Below, one piece after another: positions 54,294 through 64,000 of a stretch of DNA of 64,000 nucleotides; positions within the stretch are counted from its first letter, which is position 1; each line of letters starts with the position of its first letter. Source of the DNA: Candidatus Altiarchaeales archaeon (lineage in GTDB: Archaea; Altiarchaeota; Altiarchaeia; IMC4; SCGC-AAA252-I15); the NCBI GenBank assembly GCA_014727915.1, contig WJMO01000011.1, positions 1 to 64,000 of the forward strand. The letters are read 5' to 3'. The position numbers were made by a program, and so were the translations under genes. The notes beneath the pieces were generated by a model. It was not told the DNA's origin. It did not search any database and worked only from the letters and a program-made list of their open reading frames with translations.

Positions 54294-55310
54294 ATGCGGC
54301 ATTATGGTTTGTGGCTGGACAAGTACAGCAGGCGGCGGGCGCAGATACTCAACACCTGGGCGGGCCTGTCAACCAACATAGCGGAGTTCAAGGCCAGGAT
54401 ACCCGCTGATGACCTGTTCCAGGAGGTCGTGGACGCTGGGGACGTGACCATGCGAACGGCCTTCGTCGACGGCGGCGAGGGCATAAGGGAGCTCATCGGG
54501 CTGGGAGTGTACTTCATCCGCGCCTCCGGGCTGGTATTGTCCGACCGGGAGGAGGGGGAGCTGTTCGTCCGCGACCTGGACATGAACGTCATAGACTACG
54601 ACGACCACGTGAAGGAGAGGGTCGAGCTGCTCAGGGAGGGGATGGAATTCGACGTCGCCATAAAGTGCATCGAAGACCACCACCCCCAGATGATGTTCCT
54701 CGACGGCTCCCTCTACGTCAAAGCACGGCGTAAACCCATAAAAACCCCGGAATACGAGCTTTACAGGAAGAAGATAGTTCGTCTCCTGAAGCTGGCCCGC
54801 AGGGAGGGCGTGAGGCTTGTGGGGGTCTCCGAGGACAGCAAGAGCAGGATGCTCAGCAAGCACCTGTCCGCCGAGTACCAGGTCAGGTTCCCCAAGTTCA
54901 TGACCGACTCCTCCATATTAAGGGTGCTCGCCGGCGACACAGTATACCGTACCAGGGAGTTCATACCCCAGAGCAAGTTCGAAGCCGACGACAGGATAGA
55001 GGACTCCCTAGTCGCAGGGTTCCCCACCGCCTACATACAGCCCACCAAACTCTCCAATCCGCTCCGCGTTGACGTCCCGGACTGGGAGAAAGACCTGTCT
55101 GAAGTGCTGTCTGTGATAGCTTCTCTGAGCAGGGGTTCACGCCATTTCGGATACCCCCTGCCATTGTACCTCGCCCACTTGGACGCTCACATCGCAAGCG
55201 CCCAGATGGACTGGACCGTACGGCAGATAGTCAACTACCTCAGCAAGAGGGATTCCATACTCGGCGGGGCGGTTCTGAAGTCCACTAGGAGGACGAACAG
55301 GCCCGAGTGA
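54294..55310 (+). CDS. nurA: NurA-family nuclease
   Basis: AFVDGG, MEFDVA, FLDGSL, VGVSEDSKSR, TDSSIL and GYPLPLYLAHLDA motifs. Confidence 0.85.
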   Translation: MRHYGLWLDKYSRRRAQILNTWAGLSTNIAEFKARIPADDLFQEVVDAGDVTMRTAFVDGGEGIRELIGLGVYFIRASGLVLSDREEGELFVRDLDMNVIDYDDHVKERVELLREGMEFDVAIKCIEDHHPQMMFLDGSLYVKARRKPIKTPEYELYRKKIVRLLKLARREGVRLVGVSEDSKSRMLSKHLSAEYQVRFPKFMTDSSILRVLAGDTVYRTREFIPQSKFEADDRIEDSLVAGFPTAYIQPTKLSNPLRVDVPDWEKDLSEVLSVIASLSRGSRHFGYPLPLYLAHLDAHIASAQMDWTVRQIVNYLSKRDSILGGAVLKSTRRTNRPE

Positions 55311-55410
55311 AAAACCCGTTATTTATAGAAAAATAAATATAATATTAAATAAACTGCGGTCTCCATGTTTCGGTGTTTGAACGGGGTATTGGAGAGGTTG
55401 TGGGTTTAAC

Positions 55411-58400
55411 ATGAATCCGATAGTTCGGCCTGACAGAAAGAGCAAGATACCGGAGGTAGCCGCCGTTCTCCTCGTCCTTTCAATGCTCTCCCTCTACTTC
55501 ATGGGCTCCGGGATAACGGGTTATTCGGTCGCCTCCAACATCTACCACAGCGACAGCGTCGATATCGCCTTGACGGGGAGAAGCATAGCTGACGTCACGC
55601 TCAAGTCGAAGCCCCTGTCCCTGCGGGTGTCGGGTTATGCGCTGGGCGGGGATGCGGTGGACATCTTCCTGAAATCCGGCGATGACTGGCTGCTGATAGC
55701 GAACGCCTCCTCGATGGAGGAGGTGGAACCTGACCTGGACGAGGACATATCGGAGGTGGTTTCGCTGATCAACTCCACCGCAGGAGTTTCCGAGGAGATC
55801 CGGACCCGCCTGGACTACGCCGGCAACAGCTCATGGGACGCGGACAACGACGGCCGGGAGACCATGCAGTCCGCGATAGACTTCACCGTCGAGAACACGG
55901 TCTTCACAGGCGACTTCGATGAGGATAAGCTCTGCACTGTATGGGAGGTCTACTCAGTGTACTCCGGGAACCTGACCGAGATGTGCTATGGAAACGAGGA
56001 CTGCTGCCTCATATACGGGCTTTCAGCCGCTCCGGAGAGCAGTTGGGACGACAAGTTCTACCTGCCCTACGGCAGGTACAGTGCGCTGGAGAAGAACGTG
56101 GTGGGTGCGAAGGTCGTCTACGCCGACGTCGACCTCTCCCTTGAAAGCCAGGCCTACACCATCTACCGGGGCGGGTGGGACTTCAAGAAAGCCATGTTCT
56201 ACGTTCCAAAGTTCAGGTTCACCAGCGAATGCCTGGAAACATGCTCCCTCAAGAACGGTTCAAGGGATGCTTCCATAATGGCTGTCGTCGGCGAGCACAT
56301 AAAGCTATACCTCGACTCCGTAGAATACGTTGGGGAGGGTTTGGGGGGTGTTAACTACTCCTTCGCGGGCATAAGGAACCTCAATGTGTCGGTGTCGAAC
56401 AAGGAGGGGGATCCCGTCGGCCATTACCTCTTCACATCAGACGGGGAGACGGTGGACTTGAAGCTGAGCTCTGAGCACATGGCAGCGGACCTGCAGTCCT
56501 CCGTGATGGTCATAACCTCGCCGGTAGAGTTGCCTGAGGACCCCATTCGTAAGACCTACTACAAGGAAGAGCCTGCGTCGACGACCGTCGCATCCGAGGT
56601 TGTCATATACGGGTTGAGGAACGCCCCCGGCGCCGTTGAGGCGGTGTTCGACGACGTCTCCGACGCCAGCGTGCGCACGGGCGTTGCCGCCTTGACCGAG
56701 GGTTTGGAGTTCGATAGCATGACCGTCACCCTGCCCAGGTACGGTGGGGTGACTGTCGTATCAGAGTGCGTGGACTTCAACAGGGAAGAGTTCAGATGCC
56801 TTCTGTGGGAGCCCTACACCTTCAACTTCACATCGACAGATTGGAACGTGTCCTTCACCTCTGACCACAGCGGAGTATACGCTGGAGTGAATGTCAGCGT
56901 CGTCGACTACATAGTAGAATATGGAAACACGACGGTCGTGGGCGCTAGGACCGAAGGCGACGTCGTGACGTGGTCCACTAGTATAGGCACTCAATACAGC
57001 GAGTCTCTCGAGTTCACCGCACTGTTGGAAGTCCCCGACTATGCCGAGAACATATCCATCGTCGACGACAAGACAGGGTTGGACCTTGACTTCGAGGATG
57101 TTTCAACGGAGGGGTCGGGTGTCAAGACATTGGAGGTGATGTTCCGGGGCAGCGGAGAATACACCATCTACTACATAACATCAGGGCCTTTGAAGGCAGA
57201 GCACGCTCCCGTGGAGGAAGGCGGGCTGCTGACCAAGAGGGTCGATATCACCAGCATAACCCCCTACGAGGATTTCATCATATACTCTCAGGCCGAGAAT
57301 GCCAAAGCATCGAGGATACGGCTTTTGGAGGTTTTGGACGGCCGCAGCGTGGACATAACCGACGAACCCCGATTCAACGTCTCCCTCGAGGACGTCGACG
57401 GCGACGGTGGCGTGGACTGGGTGTATTGGCTGCTCGCAGAAGGCGGCAACCGGACCTTCGACCTCGTCATCGACAACAGGGAGAAGATCATGAACTGGAC
57501 CAGCGAGTATGTGAGGACCTACCGGTTATCCGACGATGATTACCTTTCTGAGGTGTCAGTGGTTCCCGTCCAATACGAGGGTGAAAGCGGTTGGGTGGAA
57601 TATGATACTCTGCTGGTGGACAGCGGCAGGTCAGGCTACGACCTCAGATCCTCCGGCGCCGAATACACCGCGTACTTCAGCAGGTCATCATATAAGCCGG
57701 TCAGGGTAGAATACGACGGCGAATACGTTGACTCCACGCCAGCGGACGCTAACGGTGTTTCCGCCCTGGTGAGCGGGGACACCATCGCATACTATGGCAT
57801 ATGGGCTGGTGTGGACCTCTATTACACTGTGACTCCCGGCAGGCTTGTCATGGAAGCTGTGCTATTGAACGGGTCCAGCCAGCCCAGGCTCCCCTACCAG
57901 TTGGATGTACCCCGAACAAGGGAGCTCAGGGAAGACGGCAGGGGCGGATTAGGAGTCTATGACGGGGAGGGCAACCGCCTTTTCGGCGCGGTGCAGGCCT
58001 ATGCGGTTGACTCTGTGGGACGTCGGGCGGAGGTCCAGGGCGGACTTACAGTCAAAGGCCGGGACTACGTACACACGCTAGTATTGGACGAGGACTACTT
58101 GGAAGATGTGGTGTATCCCGTCTCTGTTGTTCAGGCCTGGGATGTCGGGGTTGCGGTGCCTTCGCTCGTGGGTGACGCGACCGAGGACGGGATGCACTCT
58201 AACACCTCGTCAATCATACTCGGATCAGTCGGCGATGACGTCTTCCGCGGCTACGCCGACTTCAACGTCGGAGCGTTGGAGGATTGGATGACATTGACCG
58301 GTTTGAAGCTGTCATTCAACGTTGAGAGTCCGCTGTCAGGTTGTGATAACTGCTCTTGCGTCGTCAATCACATGGGTGGTTCGGCGGCTGGTTACCTGTC

Positions 58401-60348
58401 CACGGGCGGGGGGGACATACACTGGGACATAGGCAACGGAACATCATACGGCAGCGAACCCACATGCGACGTGGCTGGCGCGAAGGAGGTCGACCTCGGC
58501 TTCAGAGGCGAGCGCGCGCTGTCTGAGAGCATGGGTTCGGGATTGTTCACCGTTGGCATCGTGTCATCCGCAGAATATGTTGAAGGCGGGGGCGGAGTCC
58601 TCACCTCAACGGACGGGTCAAGGGGCGAAGGGCTGAGGCTTTCAGTCCAGTGGACGAGGGGCACCACGACCACCCTCCCTTACCTGTACCTGGATGACAT
58701 CTCAGATATGCAGTCCAGCAGGCGGTGCGCCTACGATGAGGGTGGCAGAAGGTACCACTGTACTTCGAGGGATATCATCGTGAACGGGACGGTCGATCTA
58801 CTGGCGGTTGGGGAGAACAGCAGCCGGAACGCTGACTTCAAAGCGGACGGTAATTTCACAATAGTCGAGGGCGGAGCATTGCGGTTGGCTGGCAGGAACC
58901 TATCATGGGCTGGCAGCCACGGGATAGGGCAGCCGGACGGCGGAGACCTCACAGTCGAGGCGGGGGAGATAACAGTAGATGGGCTGTTGGACGTGAGCGG
59001 CGGCTCATACTCTTCGAAGACTTACAGCATGAATGCAGGCGACTCAGGTTCCATAACCTTGAGGGCTTCCGGGCATGTGACGGTCCTTGGCTCTATCGTA
59101 GGCGTCGGAGGTGACGTGGACGTTGAGAACTTCGAGGGCGACTTCGGGGGGAGGGGCGGTACTGTGGAGGTCATGTCAGGGAATTCAAACGTTTACTTGG
59201 GTGATGTGAGGTTGGATGCTGGCGTCTCCAACAACCAGCCCGGCCTTGATGGGGGCTCCCTCGGGGTGGAGGCCTCTGGCAGCGTCATCATCTCAAGGTT
59301 CTCGGCGGCTGGCAGCCTCTCCCAGTATGACAGCGGCGGCGATGCTGGCAGCCTATCTGTGAGGTCTGTCAATGACATAGAAGTCGGTTGTGTGAACGTG
59401 TCGGGCGGTTTTGGCGGGCTCGGAGGCGGAGGAGCGGGGGGGCTCGTGTCCTTGGAGTCTGACTTCGGGGACATAAGGCTGACCTGCGACTTCCATGGTG
59501 TTTCAGGCGGGTCTAACACCGGCTTCACCGGCCGCGCCGCGAATCTCACTTTCATGGCGCTCGGAGGTGACGTGGACTTGGACAACATAACGTTCTACCT
59601 CTACGGCGGGTCTGACGTCGGCGAGGGCGAAGGCGGTGACGGTGGATCTCTCACACTCTACGCTGCCGATGCGCTTTTGGGCTATGGTCTCAACCTCTCT
59701 GGTGGTTCTTCGGCGGGGGGGACCGGCGGCGACGGCGGAAGGGCGAGGGTCGAGTACTGCTGGGATCATAGGAGCGCATCCTACGAGGATGTCAGAGGGG
59801 GTCCGGGGCCGTTGTATGATGGTGTTAACGGTTCCGTGACTTTGGTGTCTCAGCCCAGCTGGTGCACGGTCGCGTCCATCACCACCACGACTACGACGTT
59901 GCCGGAGCCCATCACGGTTTCGTTGAGGGACCGGGGTAGGATGGCTGAGATGGGCTTGAAGTTCACTGACCGGGATGGCAATGAGCTGGCGGGCTTGCCA
60001 GGGGACAGGAAGGTCCAGATCAGGGATAACGCCGGTAAGAGGATAATGGAGTTCACAGTGACGGGCGAGTTCAACCTCACATCCTTGGTGGCGACCACCT
60101 TGGACGACCGGGTCTTTGTGGACTTCGAGAGGTCAACGGGCGTGGAATTGGAGCATTCCATCTTCATAGACGCGAGCGGCAAGCGGGGGGCGTATATCTG
60201 CCCGAACGCGGAGAGGATTAACGAGGTCTACTATGGCTGTCCGGGCATGGTGGTCTTCTACCACATCGAGTGCATTCAGGGGTCTGCCAAGCAGGGCCTG
60301 ACATGCGACGTTCACAAGGGCGATTACAGGATAAGCGGATTAACATGA
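55411..60348 (+). CDS. Giant membrane-anchored/secreted mosaic protein (WapA-N-like module, DNRLRE-like domain, Gly-rich beta-helix-like region)
   Basis: N-terminal TM plus GITGYSV. It contains ..RTY...PVQY....W...D..L...GDTIAYYGIWAGVDLYYTV...YPV, then FRGYADFNV, and GGDGGSLTL-type repeats. Confidence 0.75.
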   Translation: MNPIVRPDRKSKIPEVAAVLLVLSMLSLYFMGSGITGYSVASNIYHSDSVDIALTGRSIADVTLKSKPLSLRVSGYALGGDAVDIFLKSGDDWLLIANASSMEEVEPDLDEDISEVVSLINSTAGVSEEIRTRLDYAGNSSWDADNDGRETMQSAIDFTVENTVFTGDFDEDKLCTVWEVYSVYSGNLTEMCYGNEDCCLIYGLSAAPESSWDDKFYLPYGRYSALEKNVVGAKVVYADVDLSLESQAYTIYRGGWDFKKAMFYVPKFRFTSECLETCSLKNGSRDASIMAVVGEHIKLYLDSVEYVGEGLGGVNYSFAGIRNLNVSVSNKEGDPVGHYLFTSDGETVDLKLSSEHMAADLQSSVMVITSPVELPEDPIRKTYYKEEPASTTVASEVVIYGLRNAPGAVEAVFDDVSDASVRTGVAALTEGLEFDSMTVTLPRYGGVTVVSECVDFNREEFRCLLWEPYTFNFTSTDWNVSFTSDHSGVYAGVNVSVVDYIVEYGNTTVVGARTEGDVVTWSTSIGTQYSESLEFTALLEVPDYAENISIVDDKTGLDLDFEDVSTEGSGVKTLEVMFRGSGEYTIYYITSGPLKAEHAPVEEGGLLTKRVDITSITPYEDFIIYSQAENAKASRIRLLEVLDGRSVDITDEPRFNVSLEDVDGDGGVDWVYWLLAEGGNRTFDLVIDNREKIMNWTSEYVRTYRLSDDDYLSEVSVVPVQYEGESGWVEYDTLLVDSGRSGYDLRSSGAEYTAYFSRSSYKPVRVEYDGEYVDSTPADANGVSALVSGDTIAYYGIWAGVDLYYTVTPGRLVMEAVLLNGSSQPRLPYQLDVPRTRELREDGRGGLGVYDGEGNRLFGAVQAYAVDSVGRRAEVQGGLTVKGRDYVHTLVLDEDYLEDVVYPVSVVQAWDVGVAVPSLVGDATEDGMHSNTSSIILGSVGDDVFRGYADFNVGALEDWMTLTGLKLSFNVESPLSGCDNCSCVVNHMGGSAAGYLSTGGGDIHWDIGNGTSYGSEPTCDVAGAKEVDLGFRGERALSESMGSGLFTVGIVSSAEYVEGGGGVLTSTDGSRGEGLRLSVQWTRGTTTTLPYLYLDDISDMQSSRRCAYDEGGRRYHCTSRDIIVNGTVDLLAVGENSSRNADFKADGNFTIVEGGALRLAGRNLSWAGSHGIGQPDGGDLTVEAGEITVDGLLDVSGGSYSSKTYSMNAGDSGSITLRASGHVTVLGSIVGVGGDVDVENFEGDFGGRGGTVEVMSGNSNVYLGDVRLDAGVSNNQPGLDGGSLGVEASGSVIISRFSAAGSLSQYDSGGDAGSLSVRSVNDIEVGCVNVSGGFGGLGGGGAGGLVSLESDFGDIRLTCDFHGVSGGSNTGFTGRAANLTFMALGGDVDLDNITFYLYGGSDVGEGEGGDGGSLTLYAADALLGYGLNLSGGSSAGGTGGDGGRARVEYCWDHRSASYEDVRGGPGPLYDGVNGSVTLVSQPSWCTVASITTTTTTLPEPITVSLRDRGRMAEMGLKFTDRDGNELAGLPGDRKVQIRDNAGKRIMEFTVTGEFNLTSLVATTLDDRVFVDFERSTGVELEHSIFIDASGKRGAYICPNAERINEVYYGCPGMVVFYHIECIQGSAKQGLTCDVHKGDYRISGLT

Positions 60349-62669
60349 GTTCAATGGCGAAGTTATTGCACGGGAGGAAGGGCAGGCTGGCGTTGAGAGG
60401 TTCAGCCTACACGCTGATGTTCCTGGTATTGGTTGCGTCAGTCTACTTCACTCCTGAAGCAAGCTCCCAGGGTGGCGGTCCCCTGCCTCCTGGCTCCGGG
60501 TTCGGCGGGGGTTGGAGCATGGACACTTCGATAACCCAGTCGAACGCGAGCTTCTTCGGGGAGCGGCTTACCGTCAATTCGGGCCATAGGATATCGTTCG
60601 TCGACGACGTCAACCGCGACGGCTATGACGACATGATAATCGGCGCCTACAACGCCTACGGCGACCCCGTCGGTTCTAAGAGGGGCGAGGTCTATCTTGT
60701 CCTGGGCAGCTGGGAGTGGCAGATGGACACGAACCTCAGCGACGTCAACGCCAGCTATGTCGGGGAGGCCGACGATGATTATGCGGGGTTTGCTCTCTCC
60801 TTTGCGGGGGACGTGAACGCAGACGGATTCGCGGACTTCCTGATAGGCGCCTATGGAAACGACGATCCTGAGGATACCGGCGGTCAGAGCTACCTTATAC
60901 TGGGCCGTGCTGAGGGTTGGAGCATGGACTCTGTTCTGACGTCCGCCAATGCGAGCTTCTTCGGGGAGCGGTCATACCAACGCTCAGGCCATGGAGTGGC
61001 AGGGGTCGGGGATGTGAACGGCGACGGCTTCGACGACTTCATAGTGTCGGCGTCATACGACAGCGAACACGGGACCAACATAGGACAGGTGTACCTTATA
61101 ATGGGCAGACCCGAGGGTTGGAGCATGGACACTAACCTGAGCGAATCGAATGCGAGCTTCTTTGGCGAAGCTAACTCCGACTATGCGGGACATCATCTTT
61201 CATTGGCGGGAGTTGGTGACGTGAACTCTGATGGCTTCGACGACTTCCTCATAGGATCAGTATACAACGACGAATTCGGGCCTAACACAGGACAGTCGTA
61301 CCTCATCCTTGGGAGGCAGTTCGGGTGGGCTATGGACACGAACCTGAGCATGTCCAACGCCAGCTATTACGGCGAAGCGACAGAAGACTACTCCTGTGTC
61401 ACAGCTTCCGGTGCGGGAGACCTGAACGCCGACGGCACATTGGACTTCCTGGTGGGCGCATACTATAACAACGAAAACGGAGAGTATTCCGGCCAGTCTT
61501 ATGCGCTGTTCGGAGACAGCGGAGCCTGGACCCTGGACAACAATCTGAGCAAGTCCAATGCCAGCTTCAGGGGGGAGCGGCAGCAGAGCTATTCTGGCTG
61601 GCATCTCTCGGCCGTCGACGACGTGAACGGCGATGGCTTCGACGACTTCATGGTCGGAGCGTACCTGGACCTCGAACACGGATCTGACTCCGGCCAATCG
61701 TATATGCTCTTCGGCAAGAGCCGGGATTGGAATATGGACACAGGCCTCGGCGATTCCAACGCCAGCTTCTACGGGACAGAAACAAGCCCACATGGCGGCT
61801 CCTACTCCGGTTACGCGCTCACGGGCGTGGGGGACATGAACGCGGACGGGTTCTTCGACTTCTCCATCGGAGCCTACAGGGAGAGCGAGCACGAGCCCCT
61901 ATCCGGCCAGACTTACCTTTTCTACGGGGACAACAGCAGCTACGTGCCGATGACCATAACCTCCGTGTTGTTGGGGAATGAGAGCGATTACAGGCCGGCG
62001 GGGAACTATGTCATCGTCCCAGGATATGACAGCAGATTATACGTGAACGTGACCGCGACCGGCGGCAACGCGAACTTCCGGGATGTGGTGCGGGTGTGGG
62101 TTAACAGCAGCTCCGCGTCTAAGCCCATCAAGCTCATGTGCGTGGAGACCGGATTGGACACCAACGAATACCACGGGGTCTTCAGCGTCCGCAAGGGAGC
62201 CAGCATACAGCGGTTCCGGAAGGTCCAGGTCGCGAACATGACCAACATAACCGTGGCGGGAGTATACGCGGAGGACGTAAATGACGAGATACGGGTGTTC
62301 TACGGTTTGGAGAATACTAATCCCGTATTCGGCTACTACATGTACCAGCCTAATGAGACGTTCTCCAACGACACCTACATAAGCTCACCCACCGGCGCGG
62401 ACACCAACTACGGGAACAAGGAGGAACTGAAGGTCGGAAGATATGATTCGAGCAACATCTACCGGAGCCTGCTCCGCTTCGACATATCCCTGATACCCCC
62501 CGAGGCCAACGTCACACGTTCGATACTCAGCCTATACCTGTACAACGCCACGTACAGCATAGACGACCGCCCCTACAACCTCACAGGCTCATGGCTGGAG
62601 TCCCAGGTAACCTGGAACAACCGGCAGACGGGCACGGCATGGGGTAGCGCAGGCGGAGACTACGTCTGA
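60345..62669 (+). CDS. Secreted FG-GAP/integrin-alpha-like propeller protein ending in the N-half of a DNRLRE-like domain
   Basis: Seven repeats of NASFxGE...SG...GVGDVNxDGFDDFxxGAY...GQSYLxxG...W.MDTNL. The C-terminus reads DTYISS..DTNYG...YRSLLRFDIS..WLESQVTWNN..W..AGGDYV*. ATGA overlap with the previous gene. Confidence 0.85.
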   Translation: MSSMAKLLHGRKGRLALRGSAYTLMFLVLVASVYFTPEASSQGGGPLPPGSGFGGGWSMDTSITQSNASFFGERLTVNSGHRISFVDDVNRDGYDDMIIGAYNAYGDPVGSKRGEVYLVLGSWEWQMDTNLSDVNASYVGEADDDYAGFALSFAGDVNADGFADFLIGAYGNDDPEDTGGQSYLILGRAEGWSMDSVLTSANASFFGERSYQRSGHGVAGVGDVNGDGFDDFIVSASYDSEHGTNIGQVYLIMGRPEGWSMDTNLSESNASFFGEANSDYAGHHLSLAGVGDVNSDGFDDFLIGSVYNDEFGPNTGQSYLILGRQFGWAMDTNLSMSNASYYGEATEDYSCVTASGAGDLNADGTLDFLVGAYYNNENGEYSGQSYALFGDSGAWTLDNNLSKSNASFRGERQQSYSGWHLSAVDDVNGDGFDDFMVGAYLDLEHGSDSGQSYMLFGKSRDWNMDTGLGDSNASFYGTETSPHGGSYSGYALTGVGDMNADGFFDFSIGAYRESEHEPLSGQTYLFYGDNSSYVPMTITSVLLGNESDYRPAGNYVIVPGYDSRLYVNVTATGGNANFRDVVRVWVNSSSASKPIKLMCVETGLDTNEYHGVFSVRKGASIQRFRKVQVANMTNITVAGVYAEDVNDEIRVFYGLENTNPVFGYYMYQPNETFSNDTYISSPTGADTNYGNKEELKVGRYDSSNIYRSLLRFDISLIPPEANVTRSILSLYLYNATYSIDDRPYNLTGSWLESQVTWNNRQTGTAWGSAGGDYV

Positions 62670-62706
62670 TAACCTGCTTTTATACTGTTTATGTATATAG
62701 TAGAAC

Positions 62707-63126
62707 ATGACAGACCATCACCCTCATAGGCAGATGAGGATACCCATAATCCTGATATTGACCCTTGCGGTGATAATACTATCCGCTCTACTTATGGTGT
62801 CCTGGAACCGGCAGAATGTCCAGTGCACGGTACCCAGCAACCTGAAGGTACAATACGACCAGCCTAGAGTCTCGCAGTTGGACGGGACTTACTGGGCGTG
62901 CAGCACCTGGGTTTGCAACCGGCTGATGACACCCGCCGAGTGGATTAACAGGTACTGTTTCGTGCAGGAACAGGATACCGTATGCGGCATCCGGGACCAG
63001 GCAGGCAACAACTACGTTGTGCCCTTGAACCAGCTGAACGTCTCCGCCATCCAGGAGTGCGCAGAGTTCCTCTGCCTCCAGGAATCCCTGGTAAGGAACG
63101 CCTCCCACATACTCCCAGCACCCTGA
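62707..63126 (+). CDS. Small membrane-anchored Cys-rich protein
   Basis: N-terminal TM (IPIILILTLAVIILSALLMVSW) and several Cys residues. Confidence 0.6.
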   Translation: MTDHHPHRQMRIPIILILTLAVIILSALLMVSWNRQNVQCTVPSNLKVQYDQPRVSQLDGTYWACSTWVCNRLMTPAEWINRYCFVQEQDTVCGIRDQAGNNYVVPLNQLNVSAIQECAEFLCLQESLVRNASHILPAP

Positions 63127-63196
63127 AAGCCAACCTCTTTTATTCCTGGAAAGCCAAATAACCTATAATATATATTCTACTACTAGGTTGTAGGCC

Positions 63197-64000
63197 ATGG
63201 ATGAGGGGATAACACTTAAAATAACCTTGAAACAGGTATTACTGGTTTCCATCCTCGGTGTTTTTCTATTGGCTCCCGTCATCTCACAGCAGGACACGCC
63301 AGGCCTCCGGGAGGAGGATGGCTTGAATCATGTGTGGTTGAAGTACCGGCTAGGGCCGGGAGTCCGCAGGAACACATTGGTTGAAGACACTGGATATTCC
63401 CTCACATATAATGCGCGGCCGTTGATGAAGCCGTTGGTTGTGAATGAGGGCGGGCATCGGGTGGACTTGATGATCGTTAACAAGCCACCCTTTGTGGATG
63501 ATGAGAAGGGCTGGTTCAACCTGTCCGAGCCCAGCGCCGAGGTCGCGTGGGCTGCGTTGACGTTGAACCTCAGCTACAACAACGCCACCATAATCTTCGA
63601 AAGAACACTCGACTTCACCAACACCTCGGTGTTCAACATCACACGGGACGTTAACCTCAGCTACAACTGGGTGGAGATAGACACGGCCACGCTGAAGCCG
63701 CTCAACAGGCACGCGAAGATAATACTCTCCAACCTCACATTCAACGCCGTGAAGATAGAGAAGAACTACGCCCACTGCACAGACTGCACCGTACTCAGCT
63801 ACCAAGGGGGCAGGGCGGTGTTCAAGGTCGTGCCCACGCTCCTCAACTACCGGGCGGTGGAGCTCGCAGGATGGATAAACTGGGACCTCATAGACCTAAC
63901 GAGCGCGTGGATAGGCAGCACAGACAACAACCTGGGCGTCATACTGGTCGGCGAAGAAGGAGAGGACGGCACCCTAAGGCAGTACTACAGCTCCAACGAC
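63197..64000 (+). CDS. Secreted protein, 3'-partial, containing the C-half of a DNRLRE-like domain
   Basis: Own translation, open to the window end and not in the ORF track: MDEGITLKITLKQVLLVSILGVFLLAPVISQ...CTDCTVLSY...GWINWDLIDLTSAWIGSTDNNLGVILVGEEGEDGTLRQYYSSND. Confidence 0.8.
   Translation, partial: MDEGITLKITLKQVLLVSILGVFLLAPVISQQDTPGLREEDGLNHVWLKYRLGPGVRRNTLVEDTGYSLTYNARPLMKPLVVNEGGHRVDLMIVNKPPFVDDEKGWFNLSEPSAEVAWAALTLNLSYNNATIIFERTLDFTNTSVFNITRDVNLSYNWVEIDTATLKPLNRHAKIILSNLTFNAVKIEKNYAHCTDCTVLSYQGGRAVFKVVPTLLNYRAVELAGWINWDLIDLTSAWIGSTDNNLGVILVGEEGEDGTLRQYYSSND

Noticed and set aside
55311-55410. AT-rich intergenic gaps checked for tRNA, ncRNA or origin features (also 18943-19036 and 49184-49260)
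   Set aside because: No cloverleaf, ORB-like repeats or stable structure recognised. They are consistent with ordinary promoters and terminators.
60270-60348. Possible frameshift joining the 55411 and 60345 genes
   Set aside because: There is a normal ATGA stop/start overlap, and the second gene has its own signal peptide.

Overview
This is an archaeal genomic window. CDP-archaeol synthase, the archaeal-type GlyRS, NurA and the ACT-domain partner of homoserine dehydrogenase all point to an archaeon; the gene mix suggests Altiarchaeota or another DPANN-related lineage, which is inference. Positions 1-15.3 kb hold three very large surface proteins: two paralogous Cys/Asp-rich mosaic proteins sharing a conserved C-terminal anchor, and a double beta-propeller protein. 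Positions 15-44 kb are mostly housekeeping and envelope genes (purC, NDP-sugar synthase, glyS, galT, a divergent FtsZ-like gene, tatA-tatC-tatB-like, ilvE, carS, larA). This region also holds an AmmeMemoRadiSam system whose members appear to be exported: a Tat-signal radical SAM enzyme and a membrane-anchored B-A fusion. Positions 44-49.2 kb form an AT-rich island with an array of Rhs-core cassettes. Three carry related Gly/Ser-rich beta-type C-terminal domains followed by small membrane proteins (likely immunity), and one slot holds an RHH-RelE toxin-antitoxin pair. Positions 49-55 kb hold hom, the ACT partner, topA, a TPR protein and nurA. Positions 55-64 kb hold giant secreted proteins, including a DNRLRE-like domain apparently split between two separate genes. 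No rRNA, tRNA, CRISPR array or transposase was recognised. All family assignments come from motif recognition by eye, not database searches.
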